NCBI RefSeq assembly: GCF_964204645.1
Contig: NC_134025.1
Location: 7,936,001 to 8,000,000, forward strand
Length of the DNA: 64,000 nucleotides
Direction of reading: 5' to 3'
From: Tubulanus polymorphus
Taxonomy: Eukaryota; Animalia; Nemertea
How positions within the stretch are numbered: position 1 is the first letter of the stretch; every line of letters starts with the position of its first letter. Below, in pieces: positions 1 to 15,100 of the stretch. The notes below the pieces were generated by a model. The model had not been told where the DNA came from, ran no database searches, and saw only the letters and a list, made by a program, of their open reading frames with translations. The position numbers were made by a program, and so were the translations under genes.

Positions 1-116
1 TTGATATATTTCATAACATTTCTAGTCAAACGATATGAAAATAAAGATTGTTATATTCGGCGTGTGATTATATTGCTGTGGAAACAAATGCCTATCCTCA
101 TCGTTTTATTCTCCAG

Positions 117-3100
117 GTCCATTTGGCTGTTCGTGCAAAAAATCTCCGAGGAGGCAAAAAAACTGACCGACTATATCAACACTACGAACAATCTCGACAA
201 AATTGGACGGCTCCTTGTGACGAAACCGCCGAGAATGTAAGTAACTAAACCTCGAGTTAAGTAAGATATAATGAACGAACTAATAATGCTAATCGGACAA
301 CCTATATTGGTCATTGCTACAATGGCCACTTTAATTACCCTTACCTCACCTGCAATTAACTCAAGCCTTAAATTGCAACTAATTCCTTGAATGTCGGTCC
401 ACAAAAGGGTTGTTTCAAGCAAGTGATTCAGTATTTCAAAAATGCTGCATTTGCCGTTAATTTGCACACTTTATGTACAGTACATGATACACTGTTGCAG
501 AATGCTTTATCGACATTGTCTCTTCTATTATGTAATCGCAATATACTCTCTATAAATCTGTATGATTATTGCACGACACAAAGTCCTTGTATATGCAATC
601 TATATCTATCTTACCAATCACTTAGGCAGTCACACCGAAAAATATGCCACGAAACCTATATCCTCCAGTGAAGAGACCGAACAATATTGCCTTCCTACAA
701 AGTTTACAAAACAATTATTCATCAATATTCTATTGCAATAAAACTCAAATTGAAATGTTTCCAACAGAGATTGTAGATATTACACACTTGATATTGTGTA
801 ATTTTCGTAATTTCTGTTCTTGTACGTTCTATTATTATTATGTTGCATATTCGTGCTCAAACTACGGATTTTATCTTGTTTCTGATCGTGTGTTTCGTGT
901 ACAGTTTAGTTCTGTACACATCTGTGCATATATTTCGTACGATACATTTAAATGTCCATTTGTATGATCATAAAATCGTATGTTTTAATCATCATATCAT
1001 TCGATTTGGCTGAAACGTTTCTGTGACCTTTGACCTTTACAGCATCCACTCAGATTCATGTGCCCTATTCTGCACATGCGATACTGCGTCCAGAGCCAGT
1101 GGTGGAACTCTGCAAGTATCCTTATGTCCTTTGGGCAACTTTTAGGACAGTGTCGGCGCCTTTGGCTGTCACATCTGCTTAATTATCTCTAGTCCCAATA
1201 ACTTTTGCACTTGATGTGGGATTTGTTTCACTATTGCATGCTGACTGTCTTTCCCGTTTGCTATTCGAGTCTATGATAAAATGAATAAACTGTTCTGTTT
1301 TCTAAAAGAATCTCTTTTGAATCTCGAAAGAATGAATCTCGTCTAAAGTATATTACTTTACGATCTTTTGAAGTAGAAATTATTGCATGGAATGTAAGTG
1401 TTTAGACTTGTTGTCCCGATGTTGTTTGTAAACGAATTTCACTTTCTATAAGATTTTATCGGAGTTGCTTCAACGCGTGTCTTAGCGAAGGTGTTGCTCA
1501 AAGAATTTCGATTTGCTGATAAATTGAACATAATATTCTATAGAAAACAAGCCGAATGCCTTTGTAAGACTAGTGAGTATTGAAGTGACTCCTCATCTCA
1601 CTACATAAAAAATAGATTCGAATAACAAACTATTTCAGTGTATGTATCGACAATGATTTTATCTTTTATTTCATCGATCAGCAAAATCGTTTCAGTTACC
1701 GGCCCGACATGTGTTGAACCTGATGATTTTAATCTAGAGCAGATATAGAGCAATATATACATCAAACAGGGAATTACCGGATATTCGTATTGAATCATCT
1801 ATGTGCATGCTAGTGCGTCAATCCTTATTATTTTTGTTACCATTCAATCATAATTATTGTGTTAGTTAGATAGCATTTTGCGCGTAATGATTTTATAACA
1901 TGTATATATCAATTTACTTCATTGATATTCATTCAATCGAATTCGTATTTCGAATAAATCTTGTTATGTCGATGTACGTAGTTTTCAGAGAAACACAGTT
2001 CCATTGGTTACATAGACCAACATTATCCTAACATCTTTGAATACTTGCACAAACTTGTATTACACGATACCTGTTCACACTGACCATAGTCACACTGACC
2101 ATAGCCACAGTCAACTAACAAACATGTTTTAAATGGAATAATAGATCGCCATCACAAAGCTAACCATTTTACCATTTTCATCACCTCAAACAGAATTTAG
2201 AGACAAGAAATTATCATGCACGGGGTTATATTGTTTGGAGCTTCTTGCATGGGGTTGATAATTTCTTCGAAATTCGAGGGAAAAGATTTTTGATCGGATT
2301 TTCACCATTTTCTCATATTTTGCCAGGCTTGAGCATGGAATTGATTTGTATTTGAAACATTTTCAGTCAATTGATCAATCAATTCTATAAGGATTCATAA
2401 TGCTTTAATTGTAATTTACATCTGAATTATGGTAATTTTTGTACGTATGTGTAAGCCGGACTTCGTCTTTCTTTTGGCCATAATTGGCCATACTGCTCTT
2501 TTGCAACATAAATTTGTTCGAATGCATTCTAACTCATGATATATTTCGTGTTGTTTATAGGAGCACAACTGACGATGCACAAGATAATGAAACAACTGCA
2601 CACGTAATGTTACATTACTTCTACGAAGGTGTGATGCCGTTTCTTGAGGTATATTCGCTCATAGTTCACTCACAAAATCAATGATAACCTTCCGCTTTGT
2701 TTATATTGGCTCCACACCTTCCATTAGAATAGCTTGATATCAAACAAAGTTTTTCTCCTACTTCAGACGTTCTTTGAGAGATTTTATAGCGCAGACCATG
2801 AGCTTTATCCGATGGAAATTGAGTATGTCAACAATCTTACATCTGCGTTGGTGGTACGTGTACTGTCTCTTCAACGCGAATGTCTCTCGTGATACATACT
2901 ATATATATATACGTTGCTTTTCATATCATTTTTTGTGTGTAGAGTCTTAACGATGCTATTTGTCCAGTGTTGATAAATCCAGACTTTTTGAAGACGATGA
3001 TTGCATGTTTGACAGCACTTATACCAGAATCAGACACTCCTATTAGCGTAAGTCTATATACAAAGGTCTTGTCTGTGTTAGGGACCTAACGACATTGGAT

Positions 3101-6100
3101 AATTACACCATTGATACGGTTGTAGGCCATGGAAGCGATCGTAGAAAAAATTGGTACTCGAAGGAATTTTGAAGACACGACGGCCCAAGTAAAAATGGTG
3201 AGCCATCGCCGAGATCAAATTGAGCACCATATTAAGGGTTATGAAGTTTCCGAAGAACGATATTTTTTCTATTCGTGGTTGTATTTTCAGGGAAATGCCA
3301 ACTATTACGCAAACGAGTTAGATTTAAACGCGAAATTGAGAACGTTTTCGGTAAATTGTAGCCTTTTATACGGAGGTCACAATACAGTTGCAGCTCAAAT
3401 GAAATACAGCTCGAAAAGAGGTTTGATATAAAAAATAGATTACTCTATTGAGAGTGGAGTTCTGTATTTTCGGGTTTTCCTGTCACTTCCATTCTCCTCG
3501 TTTTTACTTTTTGTATTGTACAGATTACACTACGATAGGCGGCGATGAGGATTTGCCATTGGGTGAAGAGTTTCAGACACATCTCCGATGTTTTATAAAA
3601 CCACATGAGAAAACATCTGAAGAGAAATATCGCCTGGCAGAGAAATTGATACTGCAATTAGAGTAAGATAGACGTCAAACAACCTAACATATTATGACTT
3701 TTCATAGTTAACGATACATGGGCCATTTAGAAAATAAGTTTTCCCTTGCTTTCTGTTTTCTCGAGAAAACCAAAATTCTGTTTTCCCTAGACCAGAAAGC
3801 AGTTCGTGCATAGAAAGCTATCCTCTAGGAAAGCGTCGATTCTTTTTATGGCCCGAATCAGCCACCATACGATACCCCTAGCTGCTGGTCATCCAGTCAC
3901 TACACATTTTGTGCAGTACATTCTATACATGAGTTCAAAAATAACGGTGCCTTTTACTAAAAGTGATGTCCATACTGTAGGATATCGTCAAAAGTTCGCC
4001 GCACCATGGCCTACTCAATTGAGCAAGAAGAACTCGATATAAGATGTTTACAGTTGTTGCGAGCTATGATACATAACGAGGAACGAAAATTGCCGGAAGA
4101 TTGGGAAAATCGAACAGCTGAGAGAAAAATACGAAAGTAAATTACGTCGATTTTTCCGCCAAATTCACCTACGTATGTTGTTTTTTTTTCCAAAGATTAC
4201 ATACATATTTTGTGCATTGCAGAGGGTTGAAGCTAATCGCGGATTTGCAAGCAATTATCAACAACTATGGCGTCGCATTGAAGGTGCTGCCGCATTTAGC
4301 ACGCCCTAGTGATGATATAGCGCGGGAGGTTTTGGCATTGCTTTGTATTCTGCTATTCAATGCCAATCGCTGCGTTCAGGTAAGGTTTGGAATGAAAACG
4401 ATATGTTGACGATGAGAAGAATGAAATTGTGCGATTGTTAAAAAATTTATATATCTTTCAGTCATCGTTACTTAAATACTTCCTAACCACAAGGGAAGAA
4501 GTATTCTTCTATGCAGTTAGGAACCGCATGCAGTTGTCTGTCGGTGCATTCAAAGAAAAGTACGTATTTTTATTAAGTCTTTGGTGCAAATATCCCAAAT
4601 GAGTAGATGTCCTTACTGGTAATAAAGAGCCTTCGTTGAATATCACCATGGTTGGTCAGCCATTTGAATACCTACCTCTAATTTCTTGTACCGATCTTTC
4701 CAATTCCAGGCGTTTGCTACAAGCGCAGAGAGAATCACGACAAAAACAAAGCGAGGAGCAAGCAAGAAATTTGGAGTGCTCTATGACATTGGGTCGACAG
4801 GCATTTCAGGTAGAAATACTATCGATGACAAAAACGTTTATTACATCAGCCGAGATGTGTCTACGTTTTGTACTAACTTTTTCAAACTTTTCCCTTAAAG
4901 CAAATTAGAGCGTTCGAGTATGCTATAAAGATCGAGGAATTGCGCAGAGGAGCAGCAGTTAGTGTAAGTTCAATTTATCTATCAACACGACTACCAGTTT
5001 CGGTACAATACCAAGGAACCGGTACTTTCGCACCGTAGAGCCGAATGGAAAGTTTTTTTTCAGAAATAAATTTCTTCGATTTACAATCTCTAGTATAATG
5101 CGATAGAATATCTGATAATGTTGTTTATCGATCTACAAAGTCATACTACTTTTTAGTAAACTTCCAATCGGCTTTTCGCATGATAACGATTCGGTTGCTG
5201 ACCAATTTCTGACTTTTTGATCAACACCCGCTTTGGCAGTGCATTGTCTCAGTCCACACCACAGGCGCGCGCATCGCGCTGGGGTATCAATAATATTAAC
5301 ACCAGTCACACTACACTGATATGAGCCTGAATTAGTTTAGAATGAAGCACCGATTGTCAAAATGAAATAAGGGCTCGTATACAAATTGTACATGATTACG
5401 GTGTTAACACGACGATAAGAACTTCATGTGAAAATTCACCGACCAACAATTGTATAAAGTCGAAGTGAAACTGTCTAGTGCTGCATCGCAAAATATTGTC
5501 TCACTCGCTATGCGTAACGTAAACGGTAGAAAGGTACGGTGGTGGCACAATTTGCAAAATAGTTTTTCACGTGTAGGTCCTATATAAAGCTTGAAAGGTG
5601 CACAGTAGTTGGTTGGTCGATATCTCATAAGAATATCGCAACACATATAGTATAATCGCACAGATTTCTACGATACGACCACCGAAGGCCACTTGCACCT
5701 CTTTGCGTCTGAACTTTCCATTTTGCTAACTATAAAGCCGATATTTTCAATCACCTACCATAGGCTCTGTGCAATGATATCAATTTGAATGAACTGGTAA
5801 GTGACGCAGCTGCATTTTAGCCAATCATTAGCTTGCTTGCACGAATATTGTATAGCGCACATTGATTCGTCGATGGTTTTCCATTACTCGATGTATCATT
5901 TTACGAGTTTTGACTCGGCCATGATTCTGTACAATCGAAAAATACCATATACTTGTGTTATAATTACGTAGGAGAAATTGTATACGATGTTAGTGTGCTA
6001 AGATAGTCAATTAACATTGTATTCTGTGGTAGAATAGCTTTATAGGGAATATTTCATATTTCCCTCTACGAATAATGTTTGTGTATTAGTGTGTCAAATG

Positions 6101-9100
6101 CCTATGCGTTCTATCAGAGTCGTCAGTGCGTGCGCAGCTTGTGTCAGTGTCTATGATTAATCACTTTTCATACTTTTTGTCTCGTCTTACGTCTGTGAAA
6201 TGTCTACAAAACGTAACAGCTGTCATATTTTCAGTTTATTTAGCACTTTCTACGTCGATGATTTCCGTAACAGTTTGAAATATCCAGCTTTCCTTTGGAT
6301 ATATTGGTTTCTTTTCTTTTTGAGGGAAATAAAGCAAGGGTATACTGAATTCATGTGACTATTTTATGTTCAATACTTTATTTGCGCATGATTCCTTATT
6401 TTGAAATATGAAGGGTATCTATTCAAATGTTTTGTTGATTATCAATACTTTTTATGAGTGTTTTGATATCCTTCGTTTGGATGTTATTTTTCTAAACAAT
6501 GCTACTCTTTGTTTTCTGAATTCTAACAGATATTTTCTTTTGTCGTTTATAAAACATGAAAATATTTTATCTGTAAAATCAATTTCAATTAAAATATTGT
6601 CAAAATCGATATTATATACGTATTTTGATTTTAGATAATGAATTTAGAATTGTGGGACATTTTCTAATCTTTTTGGATTCCAGAAAATTCCGATAATCAT
6701 TCTAGTATTTCCCCTTGCATCTGATTATTAGTATCTAGTTTTACGATTCAATTTAGTCATCATTGTGTGAAATTGTCAATAACTGTTATTTCCGTTTTTA
6801 ATTCAAAAGTTCTTTCATTGAGTTAGTAAATGTCATCCCCGATCAGTGCTACAAAAGGCGTCGGTTTCATTTTAGCCTAATTCTATTCATTCTAGCAAAA
6901 ACACAACTTGCTTGCAATTAAGTCTCAGCGGGGAAAGAAGAAGACAAAGAAAAAGAAAAAGAAACCGAAGCCACCTAAACCCAAAAAGGAGCCAAAACCC
7001 ATCAAAGATGTCCGATTTTCTAATGGTAAAATGAACGATGGCCAGGCTCTGATTGGAAAATCAGATGTTCCAGAAATTGACAATGAAGAGCTTGAAATGG
7101 ATATAAGAATTGATGTACGTACTACCCGGCTGATTTCCGACGATACTTTACACAGGGATTCAATTGGTGTATCTTGTCTTATTCTGTAAATTAAGGAAAC
7201 TCCCCCGGATGATGACGATCAACCTGATTTCGACGAAGAGGACCAACCGGAGACAAAAGATGATGGCTACATCGCATTAGTTTTGAAGGTGTTGGCAAGA
7301 ATCTGCGATGGTCAACACAGAGGGTTACAGGTACATATCATAGAAAGGTGGGAAATGTCGATCTAGTTTACACTTTCAATCTTACTAAATTTGGAACATG
7401 GAAAATTTGAAAATTTCAGGATTACTTGCGAGAGCAGCCAGATAATGTGAAGTCGTTTAATATCGTCGCTGAGACTGTACAGTACTTGAACGCCATTTAT
7501 TCAAATATAAACGCAGAAACAATTGACTTGTGCATTCAGCTCTTTGCAACATTGAATGAGTTCTGTGCCGTAAGTAACACCGGAGGTCCATTTCACAAAG
7601 AGACTTAAAGTTACTCGATACTCACGGGAAGTTTAATGGGATTTTAGGGGTTCTATGAAATGGTCACTAGCGCCATGCCGTGCTATGTTAAAAAAAACGT
7701 TTTAAACATGGAATGGACGTGTATTCGTTTTAGGGTAACCAAGATAACAGAGCTACAACATATGACAATAAAGTCATCGATTACATCAACTTCATCCTTA
7801 GAGCCGGCGATTTCCATGGTTGCATTCCTGAACAGGTAATACTTGTTTATAGAAAAATAGATCGTTTTTCTTGCGTCTGCATTTGAATGGGTATGGATTG
7901 TCTCCTTGGACATTTCAGATACTTGATCTGCGACAAGGAATAGCAAGTCTCTTGTTGACACTAATTGAAGAAAATGGACCAGAAGCTATACAAGTGGCAA
8001 AGGTTGTTGTTGGAAATGAATTTTGAACATTCAGTATATGAAATAATTTGCTAATGATGATAATTCAATAGATCACAATTTGACCTGCGAACTATGAAAC
8101 TGAATGAATTTATTCATCTCATCTGAAACACGTTTGGAATCTATTTCAGGAAGTAAAAGATGCACTAGATAAGGAGGCCTTGTATAGGCTGATGACTGAA
8201 TGTCACGAGTTACACCAGGTATTGAGAAACCTTTAAATATCATCTTATTTCATATTACAACACCATGAACACTCGGCATGACTAGAGCGCCAAATTATCA
8301 CAAAAAGCACAGATTTATTAAAAATCGAAATTCAATAATCATGAAATGAGCTCATTGGAGAATAGAGGTTAGAAAACGATTATTCGTAAAGAATAATTAA
8401 CACAAAGTTTAGGTTAGGTTTTGGTTATGGAATTGGAGTGTTTTACGAATTTCTTCATCGAATCGCTCTAGCCAGCATGCTTTTAATTTCTAGTCGGAAA
8501 AACCGAAATTAGATGAATTGATGAAAACACCATCGACGGCGTCCGGATACTTGCAATCGGCTAAGTCGTTAGCTAAAGTCGGTGGTAACCTGCTCAAGGG
8601 CATGGTGGTAAGACTTCGAAAATATTTCACATGTGTGAAATGAAATGAATTCTTCATATTCTAAAATATTTGCAATCGAAGATGCTTTGTAGCGAGATAA
8701 CATTTTGAGGAAGTTTCTCATAGATTATCCGAAAGTTTATCATTTCGTTCGAAATGATTTTTTGTCGTTTCTTTTTTTTCAATGAAGGACAAGAAACATC
8801 AAGCAGAAATGAAAGAATCGCTGATGGAAGCCGGATTCACATTTTACCTTTGTTTGAACAGGTTGTACGACATCGATCCAAATATGGGTAAAAAGCAGGG
8901 TAAGCATCTATAAGCAGCTGTTAAGTTACCAAATAACGGTAATGCATAGAAAATCCGGCTTACCTAGCTCAATGAAATAATTCTAATACACACGCAAGTT
9001 TTTACACACCAGCGCGAAGCTTTTCACACTCAATTAATTACATATTGCCTATATGTTAACAAGTATACTGTTGAATCCTGACACTTGTGAAATATTATTA

Positions 9101-12100
9101 ACAGAATATTGTTTCACGAAATTCGATTACATTTAATTACGTTAAAATCAAGTTGTCGAATACGAAAAAGAAGCAAGTACAGTAAGTACTGTGCTCAAGT
9201 TCGTGATTATTGGTTAGCCATATATACTTGAATGTTAATCAAAGAATTTCACTACCGCACTCCGATTGCTCAGATTCACATATACTGACTTGTACATGCA
9301 ATTGTTAGGTTTTACTCCTTATCTCAAATTGAAGTGAAATCGCATCAACTGTGTTTAAACGTTTATCTGTTTATAGTCATTTATATGTTGCTGGCATCTT
9401 AATCGAAATTCTTTAGTCGATTTCATGAAAACTGAGAAAATGATTTCGAAAATTAATGCAATATTCTTTATGCTCCATATTTAAGCCCACGACCCATACG
9501 GGAAAGGTACGTCGTATCTCAAAATTTCACTGATAACAAAGGAGAAGAATTCTTTGCTCTCTGCTTGCATGGAATTCAGCTAATATTTTTAGCTTAAACT
9601 GCATCATTTTGATCATACTTGTGTATATGTAATTGAAAGGGAAGATATGCACCTATTTCCCTATATTTAGATTCCAAAAAATGTGTCGACATTTGTTCGA
9701 TTTTGTTGGCCTTCGTTCACACAACTCCACTGTTCTTGTCTAGTGTATCATCCAATATAACTACGTAGTTTCATCTACCCCAATCGTGGATATCAATACC
9801 ACTATGAATGTCCATCGGCCAAAAACAATTCCTTCACCAAGCAACAAAATGGCAACGTTCCTTGTAACTCATTTCAGTGAAGGATATGTATAAGGTTCCA
9901 AACCGTGAAATGGATAACACTGATATAAGACCCGGTAATATCTTCGCGCATGCTTCATACCACACCGGAAATGGAATGTAGCATTCTTTGTTGGCGAGGA
10001 TATCCTATTCCACCCGGAGAAAAACTCTGTTCATCCCTTACTATTCCCCCTAGACTAGGTTAGATCTATTTCCGTTTACTATAGTTCTCGTCCATCCTGT
10101 CATTACGTCTCCCTGTCACTTACCCTCGAACTATATGTATAATTGCAGTAAATTTCGCTACGCTTGGAAAATCTAAGAAAGGTGTGCTAGACAAAATATA
10201 TATTTACATACTTACATAATAGCGTGGAATAAATACACCGAGGTTATTGGCACAATTTGAATTATTGATATTATCTAGAATGTAGATCACCGAATTTAGT
10301 ATATTTTGCAAAAAAAATGCATGTCGATTTCGTTCTCGTGTATCCAGTCACTGCAATATCGAATGCATTTCGCGAATCTCGAAACCAATCCCAACTGGAA
10401 CAGAGACACACCGACTTACCCATAGACCCTAACTCGTCTTATAGAATGAAAACCTAGGTATATACCGTTTGTATTTACCGCCTGTTTCATATTTCATATT
10501 ACGAACTTAGAAAACTAACTATATCAGGCATTTTTACGAACTAACATTTTGAATTCCTACCGTTCCGAAAACAAAATCTGTTCATCTTTATTCCTCTAGT
10601 TACGGTATATTTATTCTTGTCCATTGTGACGAAGAAGCAGACACACAAGCTGATAGATACACAAATGCACGTGGCATAATTTATACTTAGTTTATAAACC
10701 GTAGGCGAATGAATTGGATTGGAAATACTTAGGGCATGCTTTTCGATCCTGTGATATTTCTTCTCTGCAGAAAAACGTTCTTCTTGGGGTGTAGATTGAA
10801 ATATGTATATATATATATTTTTTTTGTGGGATGCTAATTTTTCATATTACTTATCAATACTACTATTCGGTACTACTTCTATCTATTCTATTTTTATATA
10901 CTGTTGCTTTCGCGGCCTCCTATTACATATCAATGTGTGACTATTCCAATCTTTACTTTCTAATGAAAATTTCAAATCTTTCGGAGATACTCTCTCGTCA
11001 TCATCTAAATTATATCTACCTACATTTTAAGTCTTACTGTTCCTAAAACAGTCAAATATCGAGCATGTTAACCAATCTTTTATAAGCGGATTTGTTACTT
11101 AAATTTTTTCAATTTTTTTTCTTTTTTATTAATATGTATTTCGACTAACGTTGCGTTACATTTGATAGCTTTTCTGGTATCCTAAGGTAGGTAATAAGAT
11201 CCTTAATGCTTTACTTGACGATTCAAAACAAAAAAGCCCTTCCAGGATGTTTCCAGCTCTGTTTTCAGCTTCATGGTCTAAGAGGCGACAGTATAATACT
11301 ACCAAAGATGAGCGGTCAAATATATCAATTTTTGTTTAATTTCAGAAATCATTATTACACCAGAACAATTAAATGCATTCAAATACTATAAAAAGAATTG
11401 CATGTCGATCGAATTGCTGAAAGATGACCATCTGCAAAAAGTTAATTTCAGAGTCAAAAACAAGGTAATCTGCACTCTGATTGGTTTAATATCTAAAATA
11501 AGAAAAAGATTGTCCAAACTACATTGACCAAAAAGCTATGTTATTGTTGGATTGTACAATGTTATCATTCATTGCTGTTTAGAATGTCCTTAGAGAAGAA
11601 GTTAAAGAAAAACTGAAGTGGAGCGTCGATCGATCGTCCCCAAGCAATAAAATTCGTGATTTCATGGAATGGTCGAAAGATATCTTGAAGGATATCTATT
11701 ATCAAAGAAAGGTGTTGGACAACCCGTTTGCACTGTTCTTTACAAAATTCTGGTAAAGAGAAACTTTGGAATTGCCAGGCAATTTGGATGTTCTTCATTG
11801 CGTGGTATGTTAACTACCTTGTTTCTAATTTCAGGTTGCTTTGGAATCATATTGCGACATTGCTTAGTCTTGCTATCAATATCATCATGTTGGTAACTTG
11901 GAAATCGAAAGGTTCACTACTATCAATTGAAGTTGCGAAGAATGCCACTGCTTTACCACCTGTCATTTACGAGTATGGTCATTTTAGCCATATTCAGATA
12001 TTAATCGATTTAACAACGATAAGAAATCCGGAGCACTCATAGAATTATCAATTCATGTGTTTTAGCCCTGATCCGGTAATCACGAAGATACCAGTGGAAC

Positions 12101-15100
12101 AATACAGAATTATTTTACTAGTATTAGGCATATCTCATAACGTATTCTCATTATTGGTGATTGTCAGCTATTTTGTATCCAACCATCCAAAGCTGCCATC
12201 ACCAACGGCCATTGCAAAGGACATCAGGTATGTACGATTCTGACCAACTCAAAGTAGGCTAATACTTTGTAGTGTAATCTTAGAATGGTCGTTATCATTT
12301 TGTATCGTCTACACAGAAAGATGTGTCGAAAGAAAGATGAGGCTAAGAACATCGATGAATTCGACGACGAGAAGACTACTAAATCGAAACTTGCTGTAAA
12401 TTTTTTCAGCATAAAGACATTTTACTATTTGGTCAGTACGCAAAATACTTCCTTATTGATTTAACACTATTTAGCAAAAAAGCAGTTATTTGATTTGATG
12501 TTTATCCTATATGTACAATGGCAATGATTTAAACTAGATGTTTATGGGAATGTCTGTCGCTGGAAGTGCTTGGAATGGTTACTTCTTCGCTTTCCATCTC
12601 CTCAACATTGTTAACAATAATCAACTACTGGCCGGAGTTATCCAAGCCGTCACGCAAAACGGTAACACGATTAAGACACGATTTACATCAGAATTCTGTC
12701 GTCTTTTTGTCTTGTCAGTAAATCTTATGTCCGTGATTGTCTATTTCTAGGGAAATCACTGCTGTGGGTCGCAGTCCTGGGTCTTGTCGTGTTCTACCTC
12801 TACGCAATTGTGGGCTTTGCCCTATTCCGGAGCACGTTTGATCCGGGCAGTTCTATGTACTGCGACGACCTGTGGCAATGCACTGTGACTGTGATACGAT
12901 TCGGTCTGATCGGGGACTTGTTTGAGGTAGGCACTTGAACGTTTGCCAAGCTAAAAACCTTGTCGTGACGCGCCGCAAGAATATAATACGTAGCTCGCAT
13001 ATTCTTCGTCTTTTTACGTGTATAGCTCATTTGTGTGTGTGTCAGTAATATCAGATATTCATAGATAGCACCTTAGTCAGGCAGCATGTGATGTACCAAG
13101 CATCCGTGGTAGAAACCTTAAATTAACTAGGAAATAAGCAAACTTTCTTGTTTTCGGTTCGCTATGTTTCAAAACTAGAGAAGAATAAACTGGTGATCGA
13201 TATTGCATTCTATAGTAAAAGAAGACTCGAACTTAAATGAATGTGATATATAGAATTAAAACGCTTTATTAATTAACCCCGTGAACCATCCCTGTCTTTT
13301 AGAATAAGTTAAAAAGTGATATTATTGAAAATCTATTTAATCTATCTAATTACAAATGGGCTAAACATTGATGACAAAATCATTTTGTAAAAACTTTTTT
13401 CAAATATTGTGGTGTCAATGTTCTTTTCTCCGGCTTCATTCGGTGTGTGCGTCTGCTTGAATTATTATATGTACAATCTATGCTTTGCGAATTTCACCAT
13501 TCAACGGGCTTCGGTGTCTCAACTCACGCGAGTTCATAAAATTTCATAAAATCTATATATACTAATAATACATTCATAAATCTCTATTTACACAAACTTC
13601 AATTGAACAGTTTTAACATTTGCATTATGATTTTTTAAATAATTTTTCTATCTGGCCAAGGAACTATCTATTCTAGATTTTAAGATTTAGTACTGTTTCC
13701 CTTCAAGGTTGACTTTCCGAAAAACAAAAATCTGAATAAATATTCTGTTATTTCATTCATTTTACTGCTTGCTCTAGAAAACCTATTGTTTAAGATAATT
13801 TCATTGACGATCAAGATTTCGGTCTATGATGAATTCGGATAATGGTGTATGTTTATATGTGTATTTTTTAATGGTATATCAAGCAGTGGTCGCCCACTTC
13901 AGATTGAGGTATTCCGATGTTGGCTTTTTGTGTATCCTCCATGTTATGTACAAAAAATATATCACATGGGCCACGAAAAGCTCAAAGATTCACGATGCCT
14001 TTCTTCTTTTCCACTAATTTTTCCCTGATCGGTTATATTCAGGTGATTTTAATTCATTATGTATAAAACTAATCATCAATCAAAATACCGATGCTCTTTT
14101 CAGTGAGTTACGGTGTTTTGTTTTTTATCACTAAGATATGGTATGTTGTATACGTACTTTTTACAGTGCAACTTAAGGATGTATGGATGATTCATTTTCA
14201 CAAATTCAACTTGAAATTCATGTCTCCATACACGAAAAACATGTCACAATTTGATTTTTCAAATTGCTCATTTCGTTCCACAGCAAATAAGAGTAATATC
14301 TGATAATATTATCCCGATAGCTGAGCATTTATCCTGCTTCTTCAGATTATGAATTATCCGTATATAGACAAAGGGAGACACAATGCACCCATACATGCGC
14401 ACAAGGTTGGTACATCAGTGGACACTTTTCAATGAACCCAAAATTATTTTCAGCAAATTTTTTTCGAATAATTCATTATCAGTTTCTTTATTTTTCATTA
14501 ACGAATAACCTCGATTAGCCTATATTTTTAATTCGGCATGAAGCAAATCTGCTGTCGTGATTTGTCGGGCTGATGGATTCTAACTATCATGCGAAATTAG
14601 CTCTTTATTTCATTCATAAACGATTTATTAATGATAAAAATGATGAACGCATTTTACGATAAATATAACATTAATTAACGAGTTAATAACCAAATAGCTT
14701 TCTAGGATAACGTAAGCATAATACTTAGAGATGCACAATTTACGTGCGGGTGTTCTTTAGAGTACAAGCTACTGCATAACCAGCGCTTCATGAATTTTAT
14801 TTTTTTTAAATCACCAATGAAAGAAACTGCGCCCATTTATAATTCAGTTATAATGTTTCCCGGGTGGGAGGATCTGGGGCTTGGGCTTCTTAGCACGATG
14901 CAGGCTACAACTCGTAAGGGATTTTCTTGACACTTGCTGGGTGAGTTGGGACAGGTAAAAGGTCTACCCCTATTAGAATGACACTACCGTTAGCGCTATT
15001 GATTTTGGCCTTGAAATCTCCAAGATTTTCTCCAGGATTTTCCTTCACCTTGGTGTATGGAAGGTTCCCTTTCGTATTGAAAATGGGGATCATCTACTGT

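Noticed and set aside
2076-2112. 15-bp tandem repeat CACACTGACCATAGT
   Set aside because: Only 2-3 copies in an intron with no spacers; ordinary slippage, not a CRISPR-like array.
9700-10100. Slightly GC-richer block in a channel intron
   Set aside because: No sustained ORF, splice-compatible exon or recognisable motif in the frames I read.
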